In this document: positions 1 through 11,947 of the stretch, in pieces | How the letters are laid out: each line of letters starts with the position of its first letter | Numbering within the stretch: the first letter of the stretch is position 1 | Source of the DNA: an uncultured Nitrososphaeraceae archaeon | GTDB lineage: Archaea; Thermoproteota; Nitrososphaeria; Nitrososphaerales; Nitrososphaeraceae | DNA: 64,000 nt | NCBI GenBank assembly: GCA_963825865.1 | Contig: CAWGVG010000008.1 | Location: 51,651 to 115,650 of the forward strand | Reading direction: 5' to 3' | The notes under the pieces: model-generated | The model's input: the letters and a program-made list of their open reading frames with translations, nothing else | Database searches by the model: none | Told to the model about the DNA's origin: nothing | Made by a program: the position numbers and the translations under genes

Positions 1-12
1 TATGGTCCATAT

Positions 13-360
13 TTGACTACAGAGATATTCGACTCGGGTGGTGAAAATGTAATAGTCAAAGTAGAAAAAAATACATGTACTTATCTGAATGGAAAAGGAT
101 TGATTCAAAAATACAATCAGAGGAATTATATTTTAATAAACAATAAGGAAGGCGAAAATATAATACAATCGAGAATTTTGGATAAAAAGACCATTCTAGT
201 AAGCGGTATATTTCACTTCAAGGAATTTAAATTAATTGCAACTCAAAATTATATCATTTTACCAGATGGAAAAAGAATGATGTACAACAAGGTCAACTCA
301 AAAAATGGTCATGTGATGATAACGGCTGAAAGCATAAGAGCAGAGACAAATAGTAGTTAA
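13..360 (+). CDS. hypothetical protein, probably 5'-truncated by the window edge
   Basis: ORF track 115 aa; frame is open to the window start; no motif recognised. Confidence 0.45.
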   Translation: MTTEIFDSGGENVIVKVEKNTCTYLNGKGLIQKYNQRNYILINNKEGENIIQSRILDKKTILVSGIFHFKEFKLIATQNYIILPDGKRMMYNKVNSKNGHVMITAESIRAETNSS

Positions 361-771
361 GTCACTGCCAAAGCTCGCCAATACAAACGGCATGTTTTGA
401 CGATTCGAAACCAAGACACCTTTCATTTCGTAATAATTATACTTGCCTCTGAGATTCTGTTGAGATTATGAAAATTTTTGCTCATTATGTAAAAATGGAC
501 TATTATCTGGCCTGTCATACTCACCATACCGCCAGAACAACTTCCCTATCGAAGCTCAGCATTAATCCCCGAGCAGCCTGCAGATGCCGTTGACAATTAC
601 AGTTCTTGGTTTGCGTTGAATTAGGATAACAACTCTATCTTTTTGTCCTTCAACTATACTTGGTAAAGGAAAGTTTTATTCATTTCGTGGCTGGTTTTTT
701 AACCTACCTGTATAGAGTAGTGATCGATAGAATTAAAATCAGACTCACTTTCACAAGAACTAGGGAAATGC

Positions 772-1004
772 ATGGTTCGAGTATTTGTCTCCCATAGTCA
801 GCACGACCACAACATAAAAAATTTCTTTTCCAATATCTTTACACACATTGGATTACAAGCAAAATACATGGGGTGGGAAGATTTAGACACAAACTACGCC
901 GGAGTTGAGATAACGAGGTACATCCGTGATATAGAGACGGTTGCAGTTTTTCTATTGTTAGGGAGGAATTTACAATTTCCACCGCCATCGGCTCGTGTAT
1001 ATAC
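772..1004 (+). pseudogene. TIR-like domain protein, N-terminal part only, ending at the IS5 insertion
   Basis: VFVSHSQHD start typical of TIR beta-A; no WV..E catalytic helix before or after the IS. Confidence 0.55.
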
Positions 1005-1005
1005 T

Positions 1006-2050
1006 AGATCTCTTGTGTAATTAGAAGCTTAGAGCTATATTCCTCTTCACATAGGATATCTATCTGACAAGCTCTTTGATGTCCTATAGCAAATTATGTA
1101 AGAAACCTTTGATATTCAGGTCATTTACCGGAGTAACTGTATCTGAATTTGAATCCATTTGTAACGAAATTGAACATAACTACGAAGAGCACGAAAGAAG
1201 ACGTCTTCTATCAAGGACGAGAATACGGGATATAGGTGCTGGTAGACCATTTAAGCTTAAAGTTAAAGAAAGATTCGTTATGCTTCTAGTATACTACAGA
1301 TTATACATTACATATACATTATCAGGATTTCTGTTTGACCTTGATCAAAGCAATGTTTGTAGAGATATATCAATGATGGAACCACTTATCAAGGAGTGTA
1401 TTCCATTGCCAAAGAAGATATACAAACGTACTAGGAGATTAAGAACTATAGATGAAGTAGAAGAGTACTTTCCTGGATTCAAGGCTTTCATAGACTCTAC
1501 AGAACAAGAAATTCCAAGACCTAAGAACAAAAGAAGAAGGAAGAGTTACTATTCAGGTAGAAAGAAGAAACATACTGTCAAGACACAATTGATGGTAAAC
1601 ATGAAGGATTGATACTGCATAAGACAGGTCACAGAAGTGGAAGAAAACATGATTATGACATTTACAAACACAATCATTCTATAACTCCATCACAAGTTGA
1701 AAACATAGTTGATCTTGGTTATCTTGGCATTGAAAAGGACTTTCCCACTGTAAAGTCTGTACTTGGTATCAAAAAGAAAAAGGGTACATTGCTTTCATGT
1801 GATGAAAGAACTTACAACAAGAATCATTCTAGGCTAAGGATCATAGTAGAACATACCATATGTAGGATCAAAAAGTTTGGAATAATGGGTACTAAATTTA
1901 GAAACAGATTAAGGAAGTACAATAACGTATCTGATATAATATCCGGTCTCCTGAACTTCAGAGTTATACAGTCTGACAGCATTTCAATCTAAGAAGACGG
2001 CTAAAACAAGTAGGGTGTTAGACTATAGCTCCTAATTACGCAAGAGATCT
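1006..2050 (+). mobile_element. IS5-family (ISL2/IS702-like) insertion sequence
   Basis: 24-bp TIRs agatctcttgtgtaattagaagct / rc agatctcttgcgtaattaggagct (22/24); ATACT duplicated at 1001-1005 and 2051-2055 (could instead be a 3-bp TAC TSD). Confidence 0.9.
1076..1992 (+). CDS. IS5-family DDE transposase (HTH_Tnp_4 + DDE_Tnp_4 type), split by one indel near 1600
   Basis: FRSFTG, GAGRPFKL, FIDSTEQ, YYSGRKKKHTVK, DLGYLG and RIIVEHTI motifs across ORFs 1076-1612 and 1609-1992. Confidence 0.85.
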
Positions 2051-2431
2051 ATACTAGAACTGCAGACAAGCAGGAGTTTCCGAATCGGCAGCAATTCAGC
2101 TAGTTCAATGTCTGCTAGACGCTGGAGTAGTGTTTGTAGATATTGTATAGATAAGAACAAGGTAGGATAACCACACAGCAGCAAAAAACAACAATAACCT
2201 TCCCTATTTTTTATATTACAGCTATTTCATTCTGTTGCGATTCTGATTGGCAATGCAATAGGTATCGTATACTTTCCTAAGCTATAGACTAGCAATAGTA
2301 GAATCTAGTTATAATTGAATGCTACCAATAATAGGTAAATAAGTAAGAATAGTTCATTTCATATTTTTGATAGTTATACTAGATAAGTCTGTAGCAAATT
2401 ATATGTAATAAATCAGCAGTAAGTTCGCCAA

Positions 2432-2450
2432 GTCAAATATAGAGATGATA
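2432..2450 (+). promoter_or_regulatory. conserved upstream motif shared with the paralogue at 11948-11966
   Basis: gtcaaatatagagatgata vs gtcaaatatacagatgata (18/19); contains TATA-like AAATATA. Confidence 0.6.
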
Positions 2451-2471
2451 CTGTAAGTTGTAATATAATAT

Positions 2472-3017
2472 ATGAACAACACAACTACAACTAAACGAAA
2501 TCTAGCGTTAATAGCTGTATTTCTTGCAGCAACACTAGTAGTAGGAACACTAGCAGCAACAACCACAATAGCAACAACACAATCAGCATTGGCTTATCCT
2601 CAACAAAAGAAAGACAACAGGAAAGATGGTGGTAATGGAAATGGCAACACGATTACCATTCAGAAATGTAAACAAGCGAGCAACACAGAGTGGATGGGAT
2701 AACGACCAACAGCAAGAATGTGAAAATCTGATATGTCACTCATCCAGGTGAAAATGCAACCTGTACACAAGAAGGAGCAGGCAGCACAAACACAAACACC
2801 AACACCAACAGTAACTCCAACACCATGCAATCCTTCTACCGTTGGCGGACAGATAGCAACACGTTCTGACGGCACATGTGCAGCATCAATACCCCGTAGC
2901 GCAGACCCAGAGGCAATCCGTATTTTTGAGGATCAATGCTTAAGTATACCAGGAGCTACCATCGTTGTGAGAGACGCTGCTGTGACGTGTTTATTCGAAT
3001 CAACACCACCAGCATAA
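2472..3017 (+). CDS. secreted Cys/Gln/Asn-rich protein, paralogue 1 (three indels)
   Basis: signal peptide, then NGNGNTITIQKCKQAATQSGWDN...ECENLICTHPGENATCTQEG, a PT linker and a Cys-containing C-terminal domain after frame repair. Confidence 0.7.
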
Positions 3018-3199
3018 GCATAAATCCAATAGCTGAAAATACACACAACTCAGCCTTTCTTATTTTTTGCTAATCTCTTTACTTACATATCTATGCTAGT
3101 ACTACTACATTTATCATCGGTTGGTGTTTTAAAATCGAACTGCTGCATTTCATGATGATTGATCGAGATTCGTTTACACGCTATTAATCCAGCATCCAC

Positions 3200-4065
3200 G
3201 AGGATGCACAACTGAAAGCGCACGGTCAGCTATCACCAGATTATCAGAGCAAGATGACCGGCGATAGCAGTAAACAGCATCTCATGACAATAATAATCAG
3301 CCTACTAGTAGCAGTAGTAGTAGTAAGAGTCATGGTACTGAAGCAGGCGGCAATTCTGCTGGTAATAACCAGCTTACCGGTGGTACCAACGATAAAAACG
3401 GTCCTAGTACCTGATATAGGAAGTAACATAAACAATCCATTTACTGGTGGTATTAGCAATGGTCCTAGTCCTGATGTAGGCGGCAGTACGAACAATCTTG
3501 CACAAGCTGGTGGCAGCAGCGATAACAAACCATTTACCGGTGGCAACGACAACAATCCTAGTACTAACGTAGGCAGACGGCACAAACAGTCCCAATCTTG
3601 GATTGGCCGGTAGTAACAATCCTGGTACTGATGTAGGCGGCAGTACGAACAATCCAGCAGGTACTGGTACAAGTTCTGATGTAGGCGGCAGTTCCAAAGA
3701 TGGTGGTATCTCTTGGAGGATTCAGTGCTCAACGTAGCACTAGTTCTGACATAGGTACCAGCGAGCGATAGCAATCTATTCTCCGGTAGTAGTGAGGTCG
3801 GCGAGCACCAAGAAAAAGAGCGGTGGCAGCGATGATTCTTCATCTTTAACTGGTCGTGGAGATAACAACCTGTTTAGTACCTACTAGGTACTGAAGGCCA
3901 TAGTAAGAAAAAGAGCGGTGGCTAACAGCAGTCATAGCAGTAAAGGCGAGCAGTGACAGCGGTGGAGATGAAAGCAGTCATAGCAGTAAAGGCGAGCAGT
4001 GACAGCGGTGGAGATGAAAGCAGTCATAGCAGTAAAGGCAGCAGGCCACAGCAGTGACGACTGAG
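3200..4065 (+). CDS. low-complexity Gly/Ser/Asn-rich repeat protein (fragmented; ends approximate)
   Basis: recurring NNPFTGG / TDVGGSTNN units; ctgatgtaggcggcagtacgaacaatc occurs twice. Confidence 0.45.
3927..4039 (+). repeat. tandem repeat, 46-bp unit x2 plus a 21-bp partial copy
   Basis: agcagtcatagcagtaaaggcgagcagtgacagcggtggagatgaa at 3927 and 3973, partial at 4019. Confidence 0.9.
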
Positions 4066-4168
4066 TGAATTAGAACTCTATCATAAATTTATCTGAACTT
4101 ATCATCCGACAGTTATATGAAATAAGTCAGCATTAACTTACTCACTTCAAGCCAGGCTACTGTAGCTG

Positions 4169-5105
4169 TTATTGAATCCTTTGTCTTTGTCTTGTACGCT
4201 CAATTAGATTCATCAACTGATAGCCATACTCAAGGTTATGCTTAACATGATTAATACCATGTGAAGCATCAGGTATGAATTTATTGTCAAGAATATTTTC
4301 AATATAGGTTCGAGCTCTTATTATAGAGTTAGCAGCCCGTGTAAGTTGATGAGATTTAAGCTTTCTTCCTAGCTCTATTTGTATTTCTTTTTTAAATTGT
4401 TCTTGTGAGCCTTCTTCTTTTTTTGTTATTAGTTTGCTATAGTGCTGTAATCTACTATAGTTGCGGCATAATCACTTATCTTCCTTAGGTCTAAATCTTG
4501 CAATTTCGCAAGTGATTCTTGTATCTCTTTTCTTTCTCTATTTGTTATTTGGGAAAGACTTTCAACAAGGTCATTCTTTGATAGTAGGATTTTCTCCTTA
4601 TGTATAGCGGCGCCTGTAGTTGCTGTTGCTGATGGTTCTTCGGCCATTGTTGTTTGCTGTTGCTTCTTTCTTGATTGATAGTATCTCTCAATATCAATAA
4701 GATTTACTTTTATACCTTTAGTCGGTTAATAATAGACATAATATCTACGATAATCCCTGGATAATTTAGCTTTAAAATATCACTAACGCTTTCATAGTTT
4801 TCCATAATATCTCTATAAATCTTGAAAATTAAATTGTCTATTATTCCTGAACTCATTCTTTTGTCTTCTATACCTTTTGCAGATAACGTCAGAAAGTCAG
4901 ACAATTGTGATTGAGTAAAGACATAGGAAGTTAGTGAGGAATATGCATTTGCTATAATCCTCATAGCACTAATCCATTCATTACTGACATTTGTAGAATC
5001 CAATCGATCTTTTTGTACAAGTTCCAATGCATTCCTATAAATTTCGTTATCTTTTTCTATCTTTAATATATTAAGACAATAAAGTAGCGTTTCCATGAGT
5101 GACAT
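4169..5105 (-). CDS. hypothetical protein (~310 aa, two indels) ending in an HD-domain-like HxxxH segment
   Basis: ORFs 4710-5105 and 4429-4647 join by frameshift and continue ...FIPDASHGINHVKHNLEYGYQL... to a stop at 4169. Confidence 0.55.
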
Positions 5106-5181
5106 ACCTCAATAATATATGATATTCAGACCTTTATCCTTCGAATACAAATGTCTTTGATTATAGTAGTATGCTACTTTT

Positions 5182-5620
5182 CTAATCATATGTCCTAGAA
5201 CTACCTTCTTTCTTAGTTAATGGTGAAATTGACACTCCTGTAGCATAATTGAGGGGGTGATGGCACTTACAGTTATGATTACCATAACCATGTACTGAAA
5301 ATTTATGATGGCATGTACCGATAGCTGCAGATTGGTTCGGTTTGTTGACCATATACATCAATAACTTTTGTTTGCTGGTGTTGCAATGATGATGGTGATG
5401 ATTGTTCTACTATTTTTGTAACAGTCTGTGGATATTTCTCTAAAAATCCAGAGTGAGCAGTAGTTGATAAGGGCTGTGATTCAACTTTCTCCAATTCCTC
5501 TTTCTGCCAGTGGCAGCTGTAACAATACCCGCACTTGACGCATGTAAATTGTGTTCTAATTTTACAAGAAATGCATTCTTTGTAAGTTGCTACAAGAGTA
5601 TCTCTTAGATAATTATGCAA
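5182..5620 (-). CDS. Cys/His-rich zinc-finger protein (indel near 5315)
   Basis: CISC, CVKC, CYSCH, then CSYRTCHHKFSVHG...CKCHHPLNYA. Confidence 0.6.
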
Positions 5621-6033
5621 AATATGACTATGCTCCTGATTACTTATTTTGCATCACCATCCACTACTAAACTTACAATCCGCGCTCCTACAGATTTTGG
5701 TTGATTCGAAGCTCTGCTGTATAACCACTTTCTGGTCTTACTTTGACTGCATAAACTCTTACTGGAATATTGACCAGTACAACTACCAATACAATTATAC
5801 TTCTTTTCCACGTATATAGAAAAGTAAGAGGCTCAGCCATTGCCGTCCTCCTGCTCGCTATCTACCTTTCTTAGCCCTTCAGGTCGATATGATAGACTTA
5901 AAATAATATACAAAGAAGTAAAAAAATAAAAGAATATACAATTGGAATATCGATGAGATATGATCTCTATATATCGCGTTGTGATCTATACTTTTCATGT
6001 TGTAACCAATATTTGTAAAATCTAACAGCTCTG

Positions 6034-6286
6034 TCAATTCATTAAAAGCGACAAGTTACATTCTTGACAAAAGTAGCACAGACTATCAAAATTAGAGGAT
6101 AACACCATTATATCATAACAGCGAGGACATTCGATTTCCTGCTCTAGATCTTGGAGGATTTTCTTTTCTCCCTTGTCATCCTCAGTTTCTTTCTCATATT
6201 GCAAAAGGTTAGAATCGACTTGTTGCTGTTGTTGTTGTGGATGCTGCCAATAGCAATTTCTTGCTCCTCATTTTTTTGACTAGCAT
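6034..6286 (-). CDS. small zinc-ribbon protein missed by the ORF track
   Basis: LEQEIECPRCYDIMVLSSNFDSLCYFCQECNLSLLMN*; 5' part frameshifted. Confidence 0.6.
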
Positions 6287-6465
6287 AGATCAGGTCGAGT
6301 TGCTATTATATCCTGAAACACCGTAAGGGGAGGGAGTCTCTATTTGTATTATACCCAATCTACGATGTATATTACGATTCAAGTACCTCTCTCTCCCTGT
6401 CCCAAAGTCGACTTCCTCGGTTATATGCAAGACAAAGATAATGGATCAAGAGGTCAACAGTAGTC

Positions 6466-6745
6466 ATGTCTCATGTCAGTGATTTGCGGCTAGAGGACCT
6501 ACCGGGTGTTGAACCATATTTGATAAATAAACTAAAAAGAGCTGGCATACAATCAGTTTTAGACCTTGCTGTATCAATCCCCCATGAGCTTTCAGAAGGA
6601 GGAGGAGGCGGCTATATCGATGACAATAACATCGCTATTACATCTGACATAGAGACAATATCACAACTTGTAAACAAGGCCAAAAAAGCCCTTATAGATT
6701 CTGGAGTCCTTAACAAGGAATTCTGCACGCGCTGAAGAGTTCCTT
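6466..6745 (+). pseudogene. radA: RadA/Rad51 N-terminal HhH domain only; ATPase domain absent
   Basis: LEDLPGV...KLKRAGIQSVLDLAV...KEFCT resembles an archaeal RadA N-terminus; no Walker A follows. Confidence 0.7.
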
Positions 6746-6885
6746 CAGTTCCTTTTATTGGTGAAAACATATGCGCCATCTTCTGAGACGAAGCGCTGTG
6801 CCGTGGCAAGGCCTATGCCAGTGCTTCCTCCTGTGATGACTGCAACTTTTCCGTCAAGTCGTTTTGTAATTAATTCAGTTTGCGC
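6745..6885 (-). pseudogene. short-chain dehydrogenase (SDR) N-terminal fragment
   Basis: rc reads [35 protein letters not shown]; no start codon, no C-terminus. Confidence 0.8.
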
Positions 6886-9143
6886 TTATTCAGTTCTTAT
6901 ATTAGGTACGTATTTGCCAGTATGCTTCCAAATAAAGGAATCATGAGTACTCTCACTATTTCTTACAGCCCAAAAATCATAATCTCCATACTTCCTATCT
7001 CCAAACTGGTTTAAAGTTGTATTGCCTGTGATTCCTTGATACGATTGAGCTATCTTCACAATTGTATTTTTCAAGTAATTAATATCATGTGTAGCTTTGG
7101 TATCATTCTCGGCTAGCGCTGCTACCCATAATGTATCATAGGCAACACTAGCATAAGATCTAGGTGTTCTTTCTATCTGTTCATGGATCTGAGCTTCTAC
7201 ATGTTTGAGCCTTTCGTCGTTATCATCTTCAACTGCGAAAATTGCAGTTGTAAAATTCGTCTTTACTGCAAATGCTGCAGCTTCGGAATTTCTTATAAGT
7301 TTGTTATTTAGTGATTCCTTGTCACTACCAAACCATTTTACTTTTGAAAGCGTAGGATGGTTTTGCGCTTGGATAAAAATAGGCGCAATTTCATCAAATG
7401 CTACAGAGTATACTCCAACCTTGTCTATACCATACTGAGATATAGCTTGGTTTACCTTCGAGTCCAAAGCCTTCAAATCTTGGTCCCAAACTATAAAGTT
7501 TATTCTATTAAGACTAGCAGCAAAATCACCCGTATTTGGTATATATCCAACTCCATCAGCAACTTTGCCACCTAGCTCTTGAAGACTATGTTTTGTTGCT
7601 TTAACTAAATCATTTCCATAAACATCAGTCCTCCAAAACGGTATTACTACTCTTATTCCATCAGCCATCATCAGCTTTGATATTGCTTGAGCTTGATGAG
7701 TGTCATCTGGCACAAATCTGAACACATTGTTTCCTTTTATAGCTAAAGAGGAAGCAGTACTTGATGGACTAATTAACACTATTCCATTTTTATCAGCATA
7801 GTCTTGAGTAGCTTTTAGATCTTCGCTTGTTGCAGGGCCGATAACTATGTTTATACCTTTTGCTGCTAAATGCTTTAGCTTTTCTAAGCTAACTGATGGA
7901 TTTGTTTGTGTGTCTTCTATAATCAGCTCAATACCAATATTTGAATGGGTCTTGAAAAGATATTCATTGATATCTTTAGTTGCAATCTTTAGTGCCGCCC
8001 CCTCTGATTCACCCAAAGATGAAGATACACCCGTTAAGGGAAGAAGAGCACCTATTTTCACTGTTTGCTGCTTTCAAAGCACCAGCCGGAGCTGGTAGTA
8101 TTATCTCAGAATTTGGGTTAGAAAACAGGAAAAATGGTGAGGATGAATATAAAGAGAAATAAACTCCAATTGCTACAGCAACAACTACTATAGTGGCTAT
8201 AGCCATAAGCGCTATGTGGCTAATTTTCTTATGGGTTTTTTCTTCTGATTTATGCTTGTCAGTGTAGCCACCTCTCGGGGCAATAATTGATGTCTCTATT
8301 TGTTCTGACCTACGGCGTTCATCAATGCTTGGTTGACCGTGTGTTAGCAGAAATTTCACATACCATAATAATCCTGCAGCTATAACCAAATAATGGGCTG
8401 CAAAAAATATGGAAGATAACCAAAACTGCTCTACTATTGACGTGAGAACAACGACTGCAAACCAACTATCAGATATAGCAATTAAAAATAAACCTAAGGA
8501 TTCACATATCCAAGGTGTGAACCACAATGGCTCCTTTCTAAAGTTTAACAAAATTACTATTGCAGGAACCATTAATACTGCATCCATAATTGGGTAGGCG
8601 ATTATGACTGCAAACATAGCAATACCCCTTGCAGAGGATAAAACAGATAGACCTATGGTAAGAGCAATAATATATGTAAGAAATATTCCACAACCAATTA
8701 TACTTGCGACTAGAATTTTACTGCTAAATTTGAATTTCTTATGGAATTCAATGTATGTGGCATACAGATAATACGCAAGGAATCCATAAGCAGACAACCA
8801 GACAAAATCTGCTGGAGATGGAACAGGCGGGACTATTTCTAAGACAATCTCATATGTTGCCCATATAATGTCAGCACAAAGCCAAAGTGACAATCCTATT
8901 GCAAGAGCTAAATGACTTTTGTTATGATGGTCTTGTGGATGATGGCTGCGTTGCTCGCATATGTCTGTATACTACAAATATAGCGAGCGCGGCTGCAGTG
9001 GACGCATTAATGCCTATTATCCAACTTGAATAGAAAGCTTTTGTTTTTATCTCAGCAAAATAAATGAACGAATCTGAAATAATAATGGCCAAAACTAACC
9101 CAAGGAAGAGGCTTTTTCTGGTAAGTTTTATATCACAATTCAC
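6886..9143 (-). CDS. multi-TM membrane domain fused to a type-1 (Leu/Ile/Val-binding-like) extracytoplasmic solute-binding domain
   Basis: three ORFs joined by indels; about 9 hydrophobic helices, then VKIGALLPLTG, IGPATS, ISPSST, FRFVPDD, AYD and GITG motifs. Confidence 0.75.
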
Positions 9144-9642
9144 TACTCCAGCGGTCTACCAATGCTCATGCATGTCAATGTTGCAGGTAAAAGATATAAA
9201 ATTTGTTATTTATGGAGTAAGCTTTGAACAATCGGACGTGAATACTCTTATCACACAATATGAAACATTTGAAAAGAAAGAAATTTGTATTTAGTGTTGA
9301 CATACGGCTGTATATCGAAATACAGCTTTGATACGGTAAATATTTTAATCTAACATCATTTTATGCTTTGTGTTGTATTATTCCATGTTGAGCTAACGTC
9401 ATTTTTTGTATGGCTCCAAAAAAAGCCGTAACAATAGACTCCTACTGTTTCTTTTGCTCTCAATTGTGTGCGCATTTTCATTTGTTAGTATATAAAATGT
9501 TAAAATACTTTCTTTTGAACATAAAGGGAGTTAGTATATTGAAAGCTATAGGTTTAACCTTAAGTGAACAGAGCCAAAATAGCCGCTGAAGAAGTGCTTA
9601 AGTCAATAGCTGAAGGTATCAATACCAGGCTCCTTTTGTATC

Positions 9643-10262
9643 TTGGACATGACATCAAATTCTGACGTTTTTCTTGCAGATAAAGTAGGATTCTTCTTTG
9701 GTGCTGGAGCTTCTAAGGAATTCAGCATTCCTCAGATGACGAAACTAACTCTAGAGTTTTCTGAGCATATAAAGAAAGGACCTTCTGATCAGAGGAAACT
9801 ATTTCTTGAGATTTATAATATGTTAGAAGGCATATATGGAAATAATAATGTCGACCTTGAGGCTATAATGTCAGTTATTGATGGTTTAAAAGAAAAAGAA
9901 CACCTAAGAGAAAATGTTGGAGACCTAGGAGTTTTTTTCTCAGTCAGAAGGGAATTAATGATGCTCGAAAAAAAGTAAAGAAATATTCTGTTAGGGTGTT
10001 GAATGCGCTCGAAGATGCATTTAAGATGTTCATAAGAGATAAGGTTGTTTTACATACTCAAGGGATAGATCGACTTAGAGAAGTATATCATGATTTTTTT
10101 AGGCAATTATCCAACGTGACATACCCTAGCATAACAAAACCGGAATCCAATCCACAGCTTTATGTTAATGAGAAGCGCGTCTTTTTTACAACGAACTATG
10201 ATAACGCTATTGAAGATTATTGGGTAAACTTCAGAAAATACAATTTGGACCAGGGCAGCTAA
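9643..10262 (+). pseudogene. SIR2-like (SIR2_2) domain protein, C-terminally truncated
   Basis: FFFGAGAS...IP and FFTTNYD motifs; indel near 9935; KLHGS and later motifs absent. Confidence 0.75.
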
Positions 10263-10464
10263 AGACAGAATTGAAGCAGAACGACTAAAGATTGAAGCAA
10301 GCATTGCTATCGCAAAATTGGAAGTGGAGGGCACCACAATCACACAGGTTAACCAATATGGACATGAAGACAAAGATACAGCTGCAACAATCTTAACTTA
10401 ATTGAAAACTAGTTTAAGAAGCTCTGGAAAAGACAACATTAGAAGTAATTTTATCTGGTATTAA

Positions 10465-10779
10465 AATCATGAGTATGAATGGATTGAAGAATCACATCTT
10501 GAATCAAAAAACGTAGTAATAAACGTTAAATGTGGCATTCACACCGGTGATTCATTATTTGGTATACTGGAAACGGATTATAGAAACCAAATAACTGTGA
10601 TAGGACAGACGGTAAATTTCGCAAGTAGATTAGAAGGTAAGGCGGAAAACGATCAAATTCTGATCTCTGGTCAAACCAAAGAAAAGGTTGAAGGTATATT
10701 CACTTTCAATGAAAAAGTAGTTGAGATCCAATCATGGGGAAAAGTTAAAGTCTATTTTGTAACTGGTAAGAAAAAGTAG
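10465..10779 (+). pseudogene. class III nucleotidyl cyclase C-terminal fragment
   Basis: VKCGIHTG...VIGQTVNFASRLEGKAENDQILIS; the half carrying the metal-binding Asp residues is missing. Confidence 0.8.
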
Positions 10780-11268
10780 CTGACAGTCTTAGAACTTCAC
10801 TTGGTGTTTTGTAATATCAAATTTATCGCTCCTCTGATCCCTATGACTTACAAATGAACAGTTCATACGATTATTTCTAAATCTATCTATTTTGCGTTTT
10901 TGATAGAGATATGCTATTATAATGTCTTACAAAGGTTTGAATTCATTACAGTCTTTTTCTTATTTTTACCTTAATACTATTGCCTTCAACTTTAGTTTCA
11001 TATGCTGGTTGATCATATGTCTTTATTGAGATATCGAGCTGACCTACCACATTCTTATAGCTATAAAGAGGAAATGCATAAAGCTTTCTTTTACATATAG
11101 GATTTTAGAGGGCAAAGGAACTATAGTGGATTTGCAACATACGTTGTGCGTGAAAATTGAAAGCTTCTACGAAGAAATTGATTATTACTATACAGCAAGG
11201 AGTTCCAAAAGAAGACTAAACAGATGAAAAAGAAGAATAATGAGCCAAAAATGTTTTCTACTAAGAGC

Positions 11269-11933
11269 CTAAGACGAGACGCAATTTACATTGCCAGTAA
11301 ATGTTGCTGTCTGACCATTAGCAGCTCTGAAATTTATTGTTACTCCTGTTCCACATTGTCCATTTATGGTAATAGCAGTAGGAAGAGTGGTGCTGACAAA
11401 ACATAGGTTGTCAACTGTTTCTGTGCCTTGAACGGTGTAGCTGCCGGATTGAATATTTCCACTAGTAATAGAGCCTGACTTCAATAATGTACTATTTATG
11501 ATGATTGTAAATGTTCCAGAGAATATGCCATTTTGTCGAGTGGCACTAAATGTGATATCTCCAAGTCCACCGGTGGCACCCTGAGGACAGAAAACATTTT
11601 GTTGTAGGCCGTTACCAGTTCCCTGACCTGAAATTTCTATTGTTGTTTGCGCCTGTAGACCTTGTTCACAGATCGCGCTTGGATGAGTACATATCTTGTT
11701 TAATCTTGTTGTTCTACTAAATTATCAAATCCACTTTCTCTAGCATTTTGTCTGGCTGTCTGGTCGGTAACTGTATTTCCATTTCCATTATCTTGTGCTC
11801 CTTTCTTTATGTAAGCAAATGCTCCTGATGGTAGTGTCAAAATTGAGGATGATGATACTACTAATGTTGATGCCGTTAACATAAGAACTACTACTGCTGA
11901 TAAAGTAGTTCTCGTTGTAGTCATGTTGTTCAT
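11269..11933 (-). CDS. secreted Cys/Gly-rich protein, paralogue 2 (indel near 11700)
   Basis: MNNMTTT signal peptide, NGNGNTVT...SGFDN...NKICTHPSAICEQG, then a beta-rich 4-Cys C-terminal domain. Confidence 0.7.
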
Positions 11934-11947
11934 ATTTATCAATATGA

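Noticed and set aside
3927-4039. Tandem repeat as a CRISPR array
   Set aside because: Units are contiguous with no unique spacers and read as coding sequence
6758-6946. ORF-track 62-aa plus-strand protein
   Set aside because: Antisense shadow of the SDR fragment
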